From: Eledone cirrhosa
Taxonomy: Eukaryota
Reading direction: 5' to 3'
Assembly: GCA_964016885.1 (NCBI GenBank)
Contig: OZ024740.1
Location: 283,588,001 to 283,652,000, forward strand
Length of the DNA: 64,000 nt
This document shows, in pieces, positions 44,225 through 58,418 of the stretch. The notes under the pieces are model-generated. The model was not told the DNA's origin. It made no database searches and worked only from the letters and a program-made list of their open reading frames with translations. A program made the translations under genes and the position numbers. How positions within the stretch are numbered: position 1 is the stretch's first letter; each line of letters opens with the position of its first letter.

Positions 44225-45487
44225 GTCATACATAAGGTACAAACACACACATACATGTATACACTATATCCATACTTAAGGTACATAAACACACACATAC
44301 ACGCACGTACACACACGTACACACATACACGAACATATACTACATCTTCATAAGGTACAAACACACACACACATGTATACACTATATCCATACTTAAGGT
44401 TCATAAATACACACATACACACACGCGCACACACGTACACACATACACGAACATATACTACATCTTCATAAGGTACATAAACACACACATACACACACGC
44501 ACACACACGTACACACATACACGAACATATGCTACATCTTCATAAGGTACATAAACACACACATACACGCACGTACACACACGTGCACACATACACGAAC
44601 ATATACTACATCTTCATAAGGTACATAAACACACACATACACACACGTACACACACGTACACACATACACGAACATATACTACATCTTCATAAGGCACAT
44701 AAACACACACATACACACACGCACACACACGTACACACATACACGAACATATACTACATCTTCATAAGGTACATAAACACACACATACACACACGCACAC
44801 ACACGTGCATACATACACGAACATATACTACATCTTCATAAGGTACAAACACACACATCCACACACGCACACACACACACACAAACACATACTACATCCA
44901 TTCACCCCCACACACACCCACACGCACACACATACACACCCACATACACACTCAAACAGACACATACACACACGTACACACACGTACACACATACACGAA
45001 CATATACTACATCTTCATAAGGTACAAACACACACATCCACACACGCACACACACACACACAAACACATACTACATCCATTCACCCCCACACACACCCAC
45101 ACGCACACACATACACACCCACATACACACTCAAACAGACACATACACACACGTACACACACGTACACACATACACGAACATATACTACATCTTCATAAG
45201 GTACAAACACACACATCCACACACGCACACACACACACACAAACACATACTACTTCCATTCATGAGGTGTACCCCCCCCCCCACACACACACATACACAC
45301 CCACATACACACTCAAACAGACACAAACACCCACGCACACACACAGACACACAGAGACACACAGATACACACGCATGCACACAGACACACACATAGACAC
45401 CGAGAGACACGCACTCACACACACAGACACACACACACACACACATACACACGTACAAACACAGACAGACAGCGAGAGACACGCACT

Positions 45488-45520
<33 letters not shown>

Positions 45521-45564
45521 AAACATAGACAGACACCGAGAGACACGCACTCACACACACACAG

Positions 45565-45598
<34 letters not shown>

Positions 45599-45863
45599 AC
45601 ACACAAACACAGACAGACACCGAGAGACAAGCACTCACAAAGACACATATAAATACACACACACAGACAGAGAGACACACACACGCCTGCACACAGACAC
45701 AGAGACAAACACAGACAGGAACCGAGAGGCACGCACTCACACACACAGACACGCACTCACACACACAGACACACACACACACACACACACACACACGCCT
45801 GCACACAGACACACAGAGACAAACACAGACATACACCGAGAGACACGCACTCACACACACAGA

Positions 45864-45896
<33 letters not shown>

Positions 45897-46147
45897 CTGC
45901 ACATAGACACACAGAGACAAACACAGACAGACTCCGAGAGACACGCACTCACACACACAGACACACACTCACACACACACACACACACACACATACACAC
46001 ACACGCCTGCACACAGACACACAGAGACAAACACAGACAGACACCGAGAGACACGCACTCACACACACAGACACGCACTCACACACACACACACGCCTGC
46101 ACACAGACACACAGAGACAAACACAGACAGACACCGAGAGACACGCA

Positions 46148-46186
<39 letters not shown>

Positions 46187-46337
46187 CTGCACACAGACAC
46201 AGAGAGACAAACACAGACAGGCACCGAGAGACACGCACTCACACACACAGACACGCACTCTCACACATACACACACACACACACGCCTGCACACAGACAC
46301 ACAGAGACAAACACAGACAGGCACCGAGAGACAAGCA

Positions 46338-46370
<33 letters not shown>

Positions 46371-46421
46371 CTGCACACAGACACACAGAGACAAACACAG
46401 ACAGACACCGAGAGACACGCA

Positions 46422-46488
<67 letters not shown>

Positions 46489-46500
46489 CTGCACACAGAC
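44225..46500. repeat. Compound CA-derived minisatellites (74-bp, 179-bp and variable ~80-bp units)
   Basis: catcttcataagg at 44461, 44535, 44609; then 44831, 45010, 45189; gcctgcacacagac units to 46500. Confidence 0.9.
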
Positions 46501-46949
46501 TGTTGGGCAGTAGTGTTGTGAGCTGTGAGTGGATGCGTCATCCAACATGACAAGATAACCGTCGGTGTCTCACTGATCCTCGCGGATCAGAACAAATGGG
46601 CCGGACATCTGACGTCATCTGGCAGTGAAGCAGTGAAGCTATCTACTCAAGGCTATATCGATTGTTGTCTTTTCGGCTAGAGAAGAATTCCATCAGACAC
46701 GCAGTTATCATCATCAGCAAATTGGTAAAAGCGGGGGTGATAGGGAGAACGAGGAGGAGAAGGAGGCAAAAGAAGAAAGCAATGGAGGTATTATGTCTCT
46801 CTATGTGTTCATGGATGTGTTTGTATGTGCGTGCCATACATTCCCTGTCATCGCTTTTTCTCGCTATTCTTTCATTCTTTCATTCTTTTATTCTTTCATT
46901 CTTTTATTCTTTCATTCTTTCACTCTTTTTTCTTATTAGTTTAGCTCAG

Positions 46950-47368
46950 AGCGGTGGCTTGGCAGTATCGGTCGGTAGTCGGAGGCCATGCTTTTCGGCA
47001 TAGAGTTACGGCCCTTTTACGGTCTGAGTTCAAATCCCGCCGAGGTTAACTTTGCCTTTCATCCTTGCGGAGTCGATAAAATAAAGTACCAGTCACGCAC
47101 TGGGGTCGATTCAATCGACTTTCCTCCCCCCTCCCCCCAAAATAACTGGCCTTGTGCCTATACTAGAAATCATTATTAGTGGATTGGCAGTATCGGTAGA
47201 GGGTCGGACGCCATGCTTTGACACATGGAGTTACGGCTCTTGCCATTCTGAGTTCAAATCCTGCCGAGGTTAACTTTGCCTTTCATCCTTACGGGGTCGA
47301 TAAAATAAAGTACCAGTAATGCACTGGGTAATTGCTGGCCTTGTGCCAAAAGTAGAAACAATTATTAG
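46950..47368 (+). mobile_element. SINE heterodimer within one 15-bp TSD
   Basis: Long-form then short-form copy; TTATTAGTTTAGCTC at 46933-46947 and 47362-47376. Confidence 0.9.
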
Positions 47369-48147
47369 TTTAGCTCCTTTTATATATTTCTTTCTGTCTA
47401 TTTGTCTTTTTCTTCTCTTCACATTACTAAGATACTGAGGTACAAAATACACGAAGAACCTTTTGCGTGTATGATCGTGTACGATTATGTATGATTGTGT
47501 ATGTTTGTGTGTTTGTGTGTGTATGCGTCCGTATCTCAGTCTGAGGCTTAATGGTTAGGGTGTTTGGCTCACGATTTTACGCTTACAAGTTTGATCACCA
47601 GCAGCGCATTGTATCTCTGCGGACGTCACTTTATTTCACGTTGCACCGCTCTACTCATCTGGACTAAGATTTCCACCTGTAAAATAGATCAAATAATAGG
47701 AAATAAAATCACGTTTTATTTAATATCCTAAATAAAACCATAAAGGTCTATCGATCTCAGTGCTCAAGTGACCTACCAACTGACATCGATTGGGACAGAG
47801 ATGACCATCAGATTGACTCTGTTCTTTTAATGCATCTTACTCGCTAGCCTCCGGATTAGCATATACATCATTTTGTCTCCCGGAAACATGAAACACGTGC
47901 ATGACACGCTATGATTCTGTTTTGTTTATTGCATTAACGAAGAAAATAAAATATTTGAAAAGAAAATAAGACAAAAGAAACCATAAAACAGTTATTTATT
48001 TGTTGGGTGGGGGCGTGTTTTCCTCTGATGATTTTCCTGGGTTCTTTCAAAAGACACAAAGTGCAGTTGATAGCCTTCAGCTAGATCTCTATGTTATTGA
48101 CTTCAATGTTTACAGGATTGGGTTTTCTAGGTTCTTTTAAACTAAAG

Positions 48148-48346
48148 CAGACTGCCAAAGTGGATGGGAGAACTCCCCGTCGGAGGAGATCTCCCACCCA
48201 CTTGGGATAGCCGAGAAATATCTTCTCTTGTAAAAAGAGGTATAGCTTTCATTATGTAAAATCTCCCCATTTTGCCTCATTTCTCCCTGTTTTGGGGCAT
48301 TTTATTTTTTTTTTATTTTCATGGGTTTTTAGAGATTGACAGGTCT
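48148..48346. mobile_element. MITE (hAT-like TIR); second copy 63835 to window end, reversed
   Basis: TIR CAGAC(C)TGCCAA / TTGACAGGTCTG; body homologous to 63835-64000. Confidence 0.6.
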
Positions 48347-48736
48347 GCTGAAGGTCAACGAGGGGTCGACATTTCTTTCGTGAGATCAATTAATTTATAT
48401 ATTACATCGCCATACGCAGTTGTACATTATCGATTCTTTAATTAATTTGGTTCTTTAATTTTTTAGGAAGACATTAAACAAATGTTCTTATATCTATTTT
48501 TAGTAGATGGGGTTCTGTTGTCATGCGAACATGTCATAAGTGGAGTTTGAAAATAAGATGAGGAAAGAAGAAAAAAATATTACTTTACCTTCTAAAATTG
48601 CTCGTCAAATGTTCGTCATGGCTTGCTGCTCATGTCATTAACTCTGCTGCCACACGCTATCACCAGCTATCAACTCATCCGTTGTCTGACAAAGAAAACT
48701 TTTGTTTTCAATTAACATACATTCGATGAAGCGATA

Positions 48737-48949
48737 ATAATGGTTTTTGATTTAGGCACAAGCCCAACAATTTGGGTGGAGGGGAAAGCGATTAAATCGA
48801 CCCCAGTGCATTACTGGTGTTTTATTTTATCGACCCCGTAAGGATGAAAGATAAAGTTAATCTCAGCTGGATTTGAACTCAGAACGGAAAGGGCCATAAC
48901 TCTATGCTGCAAAGCATGATGTCCAACGCTGTACCAATACTGCCAATCC
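48737..48949 (-). mobile_element. tRNA-derived SINE (long subfamily)
   Basis: Match to family. Confidence 0.85.
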
Positions 48950-49272
48950 AGAATAATATGATAACATAATACCTTCTTCAGCAGACAAAATTTTGCGATC
49001 ATTGTGTTGTATTTACGTCAAAATTAAACTTGTTGAAGTGTGAACAGATTTATAAGATCCCGAGACATTTTATGGTTATCATTTACCTAACACTGACGCC
49101 TTCTTCTATAATATGAATATCCTTTGCTATCGATACCAATAGCTTCTGTTAAATAATTTGGATTGCAGATCATGATATGGTAACTAGTGATGTCACAATA
49201 CACTTACACATTCTCAAAACAGTATTGAGAAGACAGCAGTATCGGTGAACTTCAAAGTAAACTGCCACTATT

Positions 49273-49670
49273 AATAATTGTTTCTATATTAGGCACAAGG
49301 CCAGCAATTACCCACTACATTACTGGTACTTTATTTTATCGACCCCATAAGGATCAAAGGCAAAGTTAACCTCGGCGGGATTTGAGCTCAGATCATAAAG
49401 AGCCGTAACTCTATGCTGCAAAGCATGTCGTCCGACTCTCTACCGATACTGCCAATCCACCGCACAATCCACTGCCACTAATAATAATTGTTTCTACTTT
49501 AGGCACAAGGCCAGCAATTACCCAGTGCATTACTGGTACTTTATTTTATCGACCCCGTAAGGATGAAAGGCAAAGTCAACCTCGGCGGGATTTGAACTCA
49601 GATCGTAAAGGGACGTAACTATGCTGGAAAGCATGGCGTCCGACCCTCTACTGATACTGCCAATCCACTG
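49273..49670 (-). mobile_element. SINE dimer
   Basis: Two copies; ACTGCCACTAWTAATAAT at 49261, 49471, 49667. Confidence 0.9.
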
Positions 49671-49793
49671 CCACTATTAATAATAATAGTAATACATGTT
49701 ATATGTATATGTGTGTGTGTATGAGTGCGTGTGTGTGTGTGTGTGTGCGTGTGTGTGTGTGTAAAGATTTAGATGCCTACACTATACATATAT

Positions 49794-49843
49794 TTTTTTC
49801 TGATGACCCTGTGATAAACAGGCGAAACTCCAGAGTAACAAGA
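49794..49843 (+). ncRNA. Minimal hammerhead ribozyme motif
   Basis: CTGATGA-cCCTGT-gataa-ACAGGc-GAAA-CTC-ca-GAG-TA; GUA site, weak helix I. Confidence 0.65.
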
Positions 49844-49925
49844 CTCACTATTTAACCTTAAAAGGAATAGTAAAACTCTACTTCTGTATTAAGTACATTT
49901 TTATTCTCAGCTGTCAACTACATAC

Positions 49926-50059
<134 letters not shown>

Positions 50060-50680
50060 TTATGTACATATATGTATATGTATATATTATTCAACAGATT
50101 TCCATGAATTTTCGATTTGCCAGATTCCACTCACTGGGTACTGGTCAATGTGTCAAGCCGTGGTGTGTTGTAGTGGAATTGATCTGGATAATGTAATTGT
50201 GAATCGAACTCCTTAACCTCACAACCATGTCTGCACCAGCATTTAATAAAAATAATTATCTGGAATATTAATGCTGTTTCCATATGTCCTATAACCAATC
50301 GTTGCAAAACCACAGAAATGGTTCACCTTTCTGTAGTATAATGACAGAAGAGAGACCCAACATCACCTTATATTTTTTATGATCTCATATTAAAAACAAA
50401 CAGTGGGTGAGAAAATACTTCAGTTGCTGGTACTCAACAAAGCTGAAGTATGAATGATTTTGGAACACTGCAGCCATATATAAAAACAGTGCTGTTTACA
50501 GGAGGTAAAATGGGTAGGAAACGTGGAAGGAAGGGTAAATATAAACAAGGAATTATGTTGGTTAATATAAAAAATTAGACAGAGCTATGCATTCACTTAC
50601 AGTGATTGTATAAAGACATCAAACAAAATATCAATGGTTACCTATGGAATGGAACCAGCTGAGATCATTTAATGCATGGT

Positions 50681-51318
50681 AATAATTGTTTCTACTTTTG
50701 GCACAAGGCCAGAAATTACCCCAGTGCCTTACTGCTGCTTTATTTTATCGACCCCGTAAGGATGAAAGGCAAAGTTAAACTCGGCGGGATTGAAACTCAG
50801 ACCGTAAAGGAGCGTAATTCTATGCTGCAAAACATGGCGTCCGACCCTCTACCGATACTGCCAATCCACCTATACATAATAATAATTGTTTCTACTTTTG
50901 GAACAAGGCCAGCAATTAACCAGTGCATTACTGGCACTTTATTTTATCGACCCCGTAAGGATGAAAGGCAAAGTTAATAATTGTTTCTACTTTAGGCACA
51001 AGGCCAGCAAATTACCCAGTGCATTACTGGTACTTTATTTTATCGACCTCGTAAGGATGAAAGGCAAAGTAAACCTCGGCGGGATTTGAACTCAGAATGG
51101 CAAGGGCCGTAACTCTATGCGTCAAAGCATGGCGTCCGACCCTCTACCGATACTGCCAATCCAAAGTTAATAATTGTTTCTACTTTAGGCACAAGGCCAG
51201 CAATCACCCAGTGCATTACTGGTACTTTATTTTATCGACCCCGTAAGGATGAAAGGCAAAGTCAACCTCGGCGGGATTTGAACTCAGATCGTAAAGCGCC
51301 GTAACTATGCTGGAAAGG
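50681..51318 (-). mobile_element. SINE array of four (two complete, two partial)
   Basis: 50681-50869, 50880-50975, 50976-51162, 51168-51318. Confidence 0.88.
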
Positions 51319-51761
51319 AAGGATGATGAGTAGGCGGCAGAGACACAGGAGGAGGATGTACTTTAGACGTTTGAAAACAAACATTCGCCTAGGTAATTCA
51401 GTGACAATGATACAGAACGAACTCTAACGACTAGGCCAAACGAGGACATGAGAAATTAGTAGATTTGTGTATGGTTTGAATCACGGAGTCAATTTCGTTA
51501 TAGAGACATATTAAGACTAAGTGATACATTATATAGATCAGATAAACGAGACTTATATCTTAATACATTTATATAGGAGTAATCGCTGAGATTATATATC
51601 AGTTATTATATTACTAGTACATTCTGTGTTTAGATAGGTCTAATGCTACTTATATATACTCGTAGTTAGATAAATAAATGTATATAGTTACAATGACATG
51701 TATATGCATGTATGCATGTGTTTGGGAATAGAAATTTTCATTTTCTTTGTCTATATTATAT

Positions 51762-51820
<59 letters not shown>

Positions 51821-51876
51821 GAGTATATATACATATATCTTTATGTTTATATTTATATATGTATACACACACACAC

Positions 51877-51937
<61 letters not shown>

Positions 51938-51941
<4 letters not shown>

Positions 51942-52158
51942 ATCAAAAGATGGTTAAAGGAGTTCCATGTATTTTATTATGCGCATTTCAAAAACAAACA
52001 TCATCATGCAATACTATTTGTGTTTTCATCAGATAAAACAGAACATGATATGAAGGCTAAAAAACACTTGTGGATAGTGCAGTTTTAAATCAACATATCT
52101 TCTTATCCGATATCTGCATTGCTTTATTGTACTACAATAAAACTCACCTCCTACATTA
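51938..52158. mobile_element. Family A element with inverted 5' part
   Basis: 51938-52094 minus plus tail 52098-52158 plus; (TA)n flanks. Confidence 0.82.
51972..52038 (-). ncRNA. Type I hammerhead ribozyme motif (family A)
   Basis: Plus strand ttttattatgcgcatttc...tcatcagataaaa. Confidence 0.75.
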
Positions 52159-53620
52159 TATATATATATATATATATATATTGTTACTTTGGAGCTTTTC
52201 CTGAATACACAGGAGAAACTTCAGAACAGTAAGACCCAAACTTAGGAATCAAATATTAGACGCTACAAACGGAATATACATACAATTTCCAATCTTCCTT
52301 CATTTGTCCTAAGTGTGAATATCTATTATTTAGGTAAACCTGAGGCTAAGGTAAAAGATATTTGCTCAAAATGTCACGCAGTAGGAATGAACTAGAAATA
52401 CCATGATTATAAAGAGAACTTCATAACCATTTGGCCATGATCTGCTCTGATCATTTGCGTGACAGATATTCAATAGTGTTTCTGGTTGTTGTAAAGCAGT
52501 GAGTGTCGTAGATTCGATAGATGACTGAGGCTGACGAAAGTCTCGGTGAATGCCTTACGTTTTATTGTTGTTTGTAATCATTTACGTTTATATACCTCTC
52601 GGAAACAGGAATGTTTTTATGCTCTCATTCCCCATTGTCTCCCATAGATTTGACGTTGACTAACTATATAAAAGCTAGATAGCTTTAGTTTCACAGAAAA
52701 CCACAGATAAGTCACGGTCTATGAATGCAGAGTATCAGTTCGTTTTCTTAATTGATACCTAGGCATGAATCAGACCATAACATGTTCTTATGTTTGATAA
52801 TCTTTTGGTGCAAGTTCAAAGGATTAGAGACATGTGAACTATAGTATACTATCTCGTTTCGTGGGTCATGACTCTTCGTTTAGATCTCATCAAAATAGAT
52901 TGCAGTTTGTCACCCTACAATTGATAAAACCAATGCTAGAAAACTACATCACACTTCTCTTGACAAAAAGGTGTTTTTTTTGCATGGAAAAATAGGTTTC
53001 TTTTCCTTTCAATCTTAGGCATCTTTCTTGTGACCCTCATTTACAATTCCATTCAATCCACATTACCTCCAACCTAAGCCATCACCATTACTAACAAACC
53101 ACCACTACTAGAACCAGTACTAACATCACAACTATTATCATCACCATCGCAAGCACCACCACCACCACCACCAACAGGCCTACAATTATTTCCACCGCCA
53201 CTCCGTCACCGCCCTCATCTCCAACCCCATCTCCAGCCCCATTTCCAACACGTCTCCACCATCACTACTAACACAGCCATCAGTACAACTACTATCACCA
53301 CCCTCATCACCAACAACGCTATTAAATCTTTCCATTTATAAGTACCCACTCGTTCTATACAGCTGTCATTACACTTCAGTTTCATCTTCACCGACTAAAA
53401 TTTGATATTTTTTTTATTTGATTATATATATATATTACTTTATTATGTTTTATTTCTTCACACTTTGCCCGGTTTTTCAATGGGAACGCTTTACTAAATT
53501 CCATTAAAGTAAATTACTTTCTCTAAACAATTACTTTTCTCTTCAAGAATTACTTTCTTACATTCGAAAAACTTTTCTTTTTTTTTTCAAAGATGTTAAT
53601 ACACACATGCACATACACAC

Positions 53621-53698
<78 letters not shown>

Positions 53699-54248
53699 AT
53701 ACATACATAGCGTCACTGCGACAACCACCACCACCACCACCATCGCGCCCACCACCACCACATTCGCGCCCCACCACCACCACCATCACATTCGCGCCCC
53801 ACCACCACCACCACCGCCGCCGCCATCGTGCCCCACCCCATATAAATTTACATTAATTGAAAGATACAATTTCTGAATAATCAACCTTAAATTCTATAGA
53901 TTCTTTTTTAGAAACTTTACAGTTTTGATTGAATTTATATTAGAAATTAATGTTAGGGAAACGAGCAGAGACAGAGGTTGCAGAACAAGAACGGCGGTTA
54001 AAATGCTTTAGGTCATTTCCGTGTTTTTGAGTTCTAATCCTGCCAGAGTCAACGCTGCCTGTTAAACCCTTGTTGAAGTGGTGGATGGATTAAATGTGTA
54101 TTGTTACTGTATTAAGAAAAAACAAAACAAAAAGAAAAATATATGCTGCAGAAGAATAACCAGTCCAGTGTTGAAAACTGCCTCAGTGTGAGTGTGTATT
54201 CGCGAAAAATACATATACACCAGGACTGGACACAAAGAAACCAAAATC

Positions 54249-54355
54249 AAAAATATGGAATGTTTCACGAATCTGCGTGTCATCCTTGCGCAGAGGCCAT
54301 GCAAATCTTCTCTGTATCGTTCCAACGTTAGACTATGAACTGCTGTAGGTAGTTG
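54249..54355 (-). pseudogene. U6: U6 snRNA copy, full-length but divergent (probable pseudogene or variant)
   Basis: Minus strand TTGGAACGATACAGAGAAGATTTGCATGGCCTCTGCGCAAGGATGACACGCAGATTCGTGAAACATTCCATATTTTT is colinear with canonical U6; ACAGAGA box intact, AGC triad reads TGC; 107 nt; no evident TATA at -30. Confidence 0.9.
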
Positions 54356-54586
54356 AATCAATTGTCTATTTCTCCACACCAAAAGGTAGCTTTGTATGAA
54401 TTCTAATGTAAGGTGTTAGCAGAAACAAAAACACTGAACCAAATACTTGTTGATAATATTTAACTCTGTCCTTTTGTATTACGAGTTCGAACTCTATATG
54501 TGTCAACATTACCTTTCATATATCTCGGGATTCTAAAATACGTCTCCTCAGTTAATTGTATCTCTCTTTATAAAGCTTTGCTAGAA

Positions 54587-54959
54587 TACTCTCGGATCCC
54601 AAATAATAGTGGGGTTGGAATAAACGGGGAAGAGGGGACATTTGCTTAAATTCTTATAAGAGGGGGGGGGGGAATAAACGTCGGGGTTTGGGAAATCGGT
54701 AATTGTATAGTGCGCATTCGTAAATATGGGATTTCTTGTAATGTTCTTTTTTTTTTGTCATATATAAGGTTTTTTAATGTAACATAAAGTTCTTATTAGA
54801 TTCTCCAGCTGCTGTATCAATGAATTTCAATAAAATTTCGCCGGAGATACATTAGCAAAATTTAATAAGTGTGGAGGGGAGGGTAAAGGGGAGGGGGTGG
54901 AACTTATCCAAAAGATTAAAAAGCGGGGGAGGGTGGCGATTATTCATGACTTGAGTGTA
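54587..54959. mobile_element. Putative Tc1/mariner-type MITE
   Basis: TACTCTCGGATCCCAAATAAT versus reverse TACACTCAAGTCATGAATAAT; G-rich subterminal repeats. Confidence 0.45.
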
Positions 54960-56395
54960 GCTGAAAAGGTGCTGACCTTGATAAGCATAATTACGTTTTT
55001 GCCCTTAAATGCAAATTTGCTTTATTTCATTGAGTACATCTAATCTATGTTTTACCTCTTTTGAGCCTAGTTTTTAACTAAATAAAGATTCAGGTTGCAC
55101 GTTATTTTTTTTTAAAACTCAAACAAGAAAGTATTCCTTCCACGGATATGTTATGAAGCAAAATGAGAAAACCATAATTAATTGTAATTAGATACTTAAT
55201 TATGTGTTGGAAGGTATAAAAAATCTCAAAATAGAATTTGGTCTCATTAATAATATTTATTAACACTGGGTAGTAGTAAAAAAAAAGAATGGTGGGACAA
55301 AATATAAAGCCTTGTAACTTTAGTTATCTTAATGACGAGACATAATATAAAGTCGTGTGATTTTACTTATCTTGAATTTATAATGAGGGGTTTAAGATGA
55401 CACACCATCCCGCTGATGTATGTGTGGAAAACTGACTCAGGTAAGATACAACTATGGTTCAATTGTAATCCTGTTGTTACAGCACATTGGTAACATATCA
55501 CAACACCACACAACAGTGAAACATCACAACAGTAACACAACAGCAGCACAACACAACAGTAACACAACACAAGAGCAACACATCACAACAACAACAGCAA
55601 CACAACACAAGAGTAAAACATCACAACACAACAGAACACAAGAGTAACATATCACAACGCAACAGTAGCACAACAGAACAGTATCACAAAGTATCAGAAC
55701 AGTAACACAACACAACAGCAACTCAACACAAGAGAAACACAACACAACAGCAACTCAACAAGAGAAACACAACACAACAGCAACATAACACAACAGCAAC
55801 AGCACAACAGCACAACACAACACAACAGCAACACAACACAAGAGCAACACAGCACAACAATAACACAACAAAACAGTAACACAACACAGCCACAACACCA
55901 AACAACAGCAACACAACACAACAGTGATTAAAAAAAACAACTCTCGGGCGATCTGGGCAATAGAAGGTCTTCCGAGAAGAAACCTTACCCCAAGCAAGCA
56001 TTTCGGCCCTTCACAACATAACAGTAATATATCACAACACAACAAGATGATATCACTATAGCACATCAGAATGCTGCAGCAACATAACACAAAACACCAT
56101 GAATATATCGTTACTCTAGAACATCCAAATAACATAATACTTCAAGATTGCCAAGAAAGAGTGAAAAAACAAGATACTTTTGATGTAAAAATATAATCAA
56201 TGGGAAATACTGACATGTGGAAGACTTGCATAAATAATATAAGAGAAAAAAAAACACTTCTTCAAGTTGGCTGAATAGAGATAATGTTTGATATATTTAC
56301 AAATGAATGAAAAGATTACTTGCATTTTATACTAAGTCTTAAACAAAAGCTGTGAATAAACAAATAACGCTTTGCGTCAGAAAAACACAGACACA

Positions 56396-56432
<37 letters not shown>

Positions 56433-56482
56433 TCATATATACGCATATATATATACTCATTTCCCCACCAGCTATTTCAAAT

Positions 56483-56532
<50 letters not shown>

Positions 56533-56611
56533 CATTTCCCATCAGCTATTCCAAATACAATATATATATATATATATATATACATATGCGCTCATATATA
56601 TATATATATGC

Positions 56612-56650
<39 letters not shown>

Positions 56651-56684
56651 TGTGGTGGGGTGTATGTGTGTGCATACAAATATA

Positions 56685-56729
<45 letters not shown>

Positions 56730-56772
56730 TTGTATGCACACACATACCCCCCCCCCCACCACCACACACACA

Positions 56773-56811
<39 letters not shown>

Positions 56812-57186
56812 TTATACACACACACACACATATATATATATATGTTTGTGTCTATACGTGTATATATTTGTTTTACATATACGAGGGTTGGCTGAATGGT
56901 TCATAGACTGACATTCATACATACATACATACATACATACACACATACATACATACATACATACATACATACATACATACATACATACATACATACATAC
57001 ATACATACATACATGCAATCACACACACATTCATTCGACTACGTAATGAACTCGATTCGGCGAAGTTAAATCAGCAATCTTCTATAACAAATATATACTT
57101 TATCGAGCCGAATGACATGAAAACAGAACTTATATATAAATTCTAATGTAGTGACATAACATTAACAGTGAAACACTTATGTAAGT

Positions 57187-57622
57187 GCGGTGGATTGGCA
57201 GTATCGGTAAAGCGTCAGACGCCATGCTTTGCAGCGTAGAGTTATGGCCCTTTTACGTTCGGAATTCAAGTCCCGCTGAGGTTAACTTTTCCTTTCCTCC
57301 TTACGGGGTCGATAAAATAAAGCACCTGTAATAAAAAAAAAAAAAAAGGAACGATCGACTTTCGTCAAATCGGACCGAGGGAACAATGTTTCCGTTGGTC
57401 TTTCCAATTGCTAGTACTATCTATCGGTCGCAACTCCAGGTAGAAGGAGCAACGTGAAATAAAATGTCTTGCTCAAGGACATAACGCAACGCCAGGTCCA
57501 GGAATCGAACTCGCAACATTACGATTGCGAATCCAATTCTCTAACCACTCCGCCACACGCCTTCACCAGTAATGCACTGGGGTAATTGCTGGCCTTGTGC
57601 CAAAAATAGAAATAATTATTAT
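57187..57622 (+). mobile_element. SINE interrupted by an antisense CORE-like SINE
   Basis: Insert 57333-57564 on minus strand (tRNA head GGCGTGTGGCGGAGTGG..GTTCGATTCC, TGTCCTTGAGCAAGAC core), TSD cacc(t/a)gtaat at 57323 and 57565. Confidence 0.85.
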
Positions 57623-57681
57623 TGAAACATTTATAGTCTCATTACTAATTATGAAGAATAAGTCTTATATATATCATATAT

Positions 57682-57875
57682 TACGAGAGTTGGATGAAAG
57701 ATTCATAGGCTGATCAAGATACTCTCATGGAATGAACAAATGAAGTTAACTTCTCAACATGGAAAGAAACAATTCAGTTATTAATAAGAAGAGTTGAAAT
57801 TAATATATGTTAGGTTTCACAGCTCTATCATCATTCCTTCATAGTCAGCCTATGGACCATTCAGCCACCCCTCGT
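57682..57875. mobile_element. Mariner-like MITE
   Basis: Imperfect TIRs TACGAGRG(T/G)TGG..TGAA..CATAGGCTGA with TA at both ends. Confidence 0.65.
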
Positions 57876-57962
57876 ATATGTAAAACAAATATATATACGT
57901 ATAGACACACACACATATATATATATAATATATATATATATGTTTGTGTGTGTATAAATGTG

Positions 57963-58015
<53 letters not shown>

Positions 58016-58126
58016 TATAGGTTTGCCCTTAAAAAATTGTTTTTCGTTTTGTCTTGTTTCCGTTTGAGCAAGAGCAACGAAGAACATATGTGTGCGCGTG
58101 TGTATGTTTGTGTGTTTATGTGTGTG

Positions 58127-58170
<44 letters not shown>

Positions 58171-58178
58171 GTGTGTTT

Positions 58179-58243
<65 letters not shown>

Positions 58244-58283
58244 GGCGTAAAATAACTGATGACTCATTTGGTCCCAAAGTCCA

Positions 58284-58418
58284 CAGGTGCGCCAACCTTT
58301 TCACTATGTAGAACCCTGTTTTGAAAAGTTTATCTATTCAACAAGTGCGCGGACACCCAGTACTATCTTTGCTAACACTCAGTGGTCCGCGGACCACAGG
58401 TTTAGAGCTGCTACCCTA
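58284..58418. mobile_element. Decayed hAT-like MITE
   Basis: caggtgcgccaacctttt...ggtccgcggaccacaggttt end motifs. Confidence 0.4.

Noticed and set aside
50401-50470. Hairpin ATACTTCAGTT...AGCTGAAGTAT as pre-miRNA
   Set aside because: Core stem only ~11 bp and no recognisable mature sequence.
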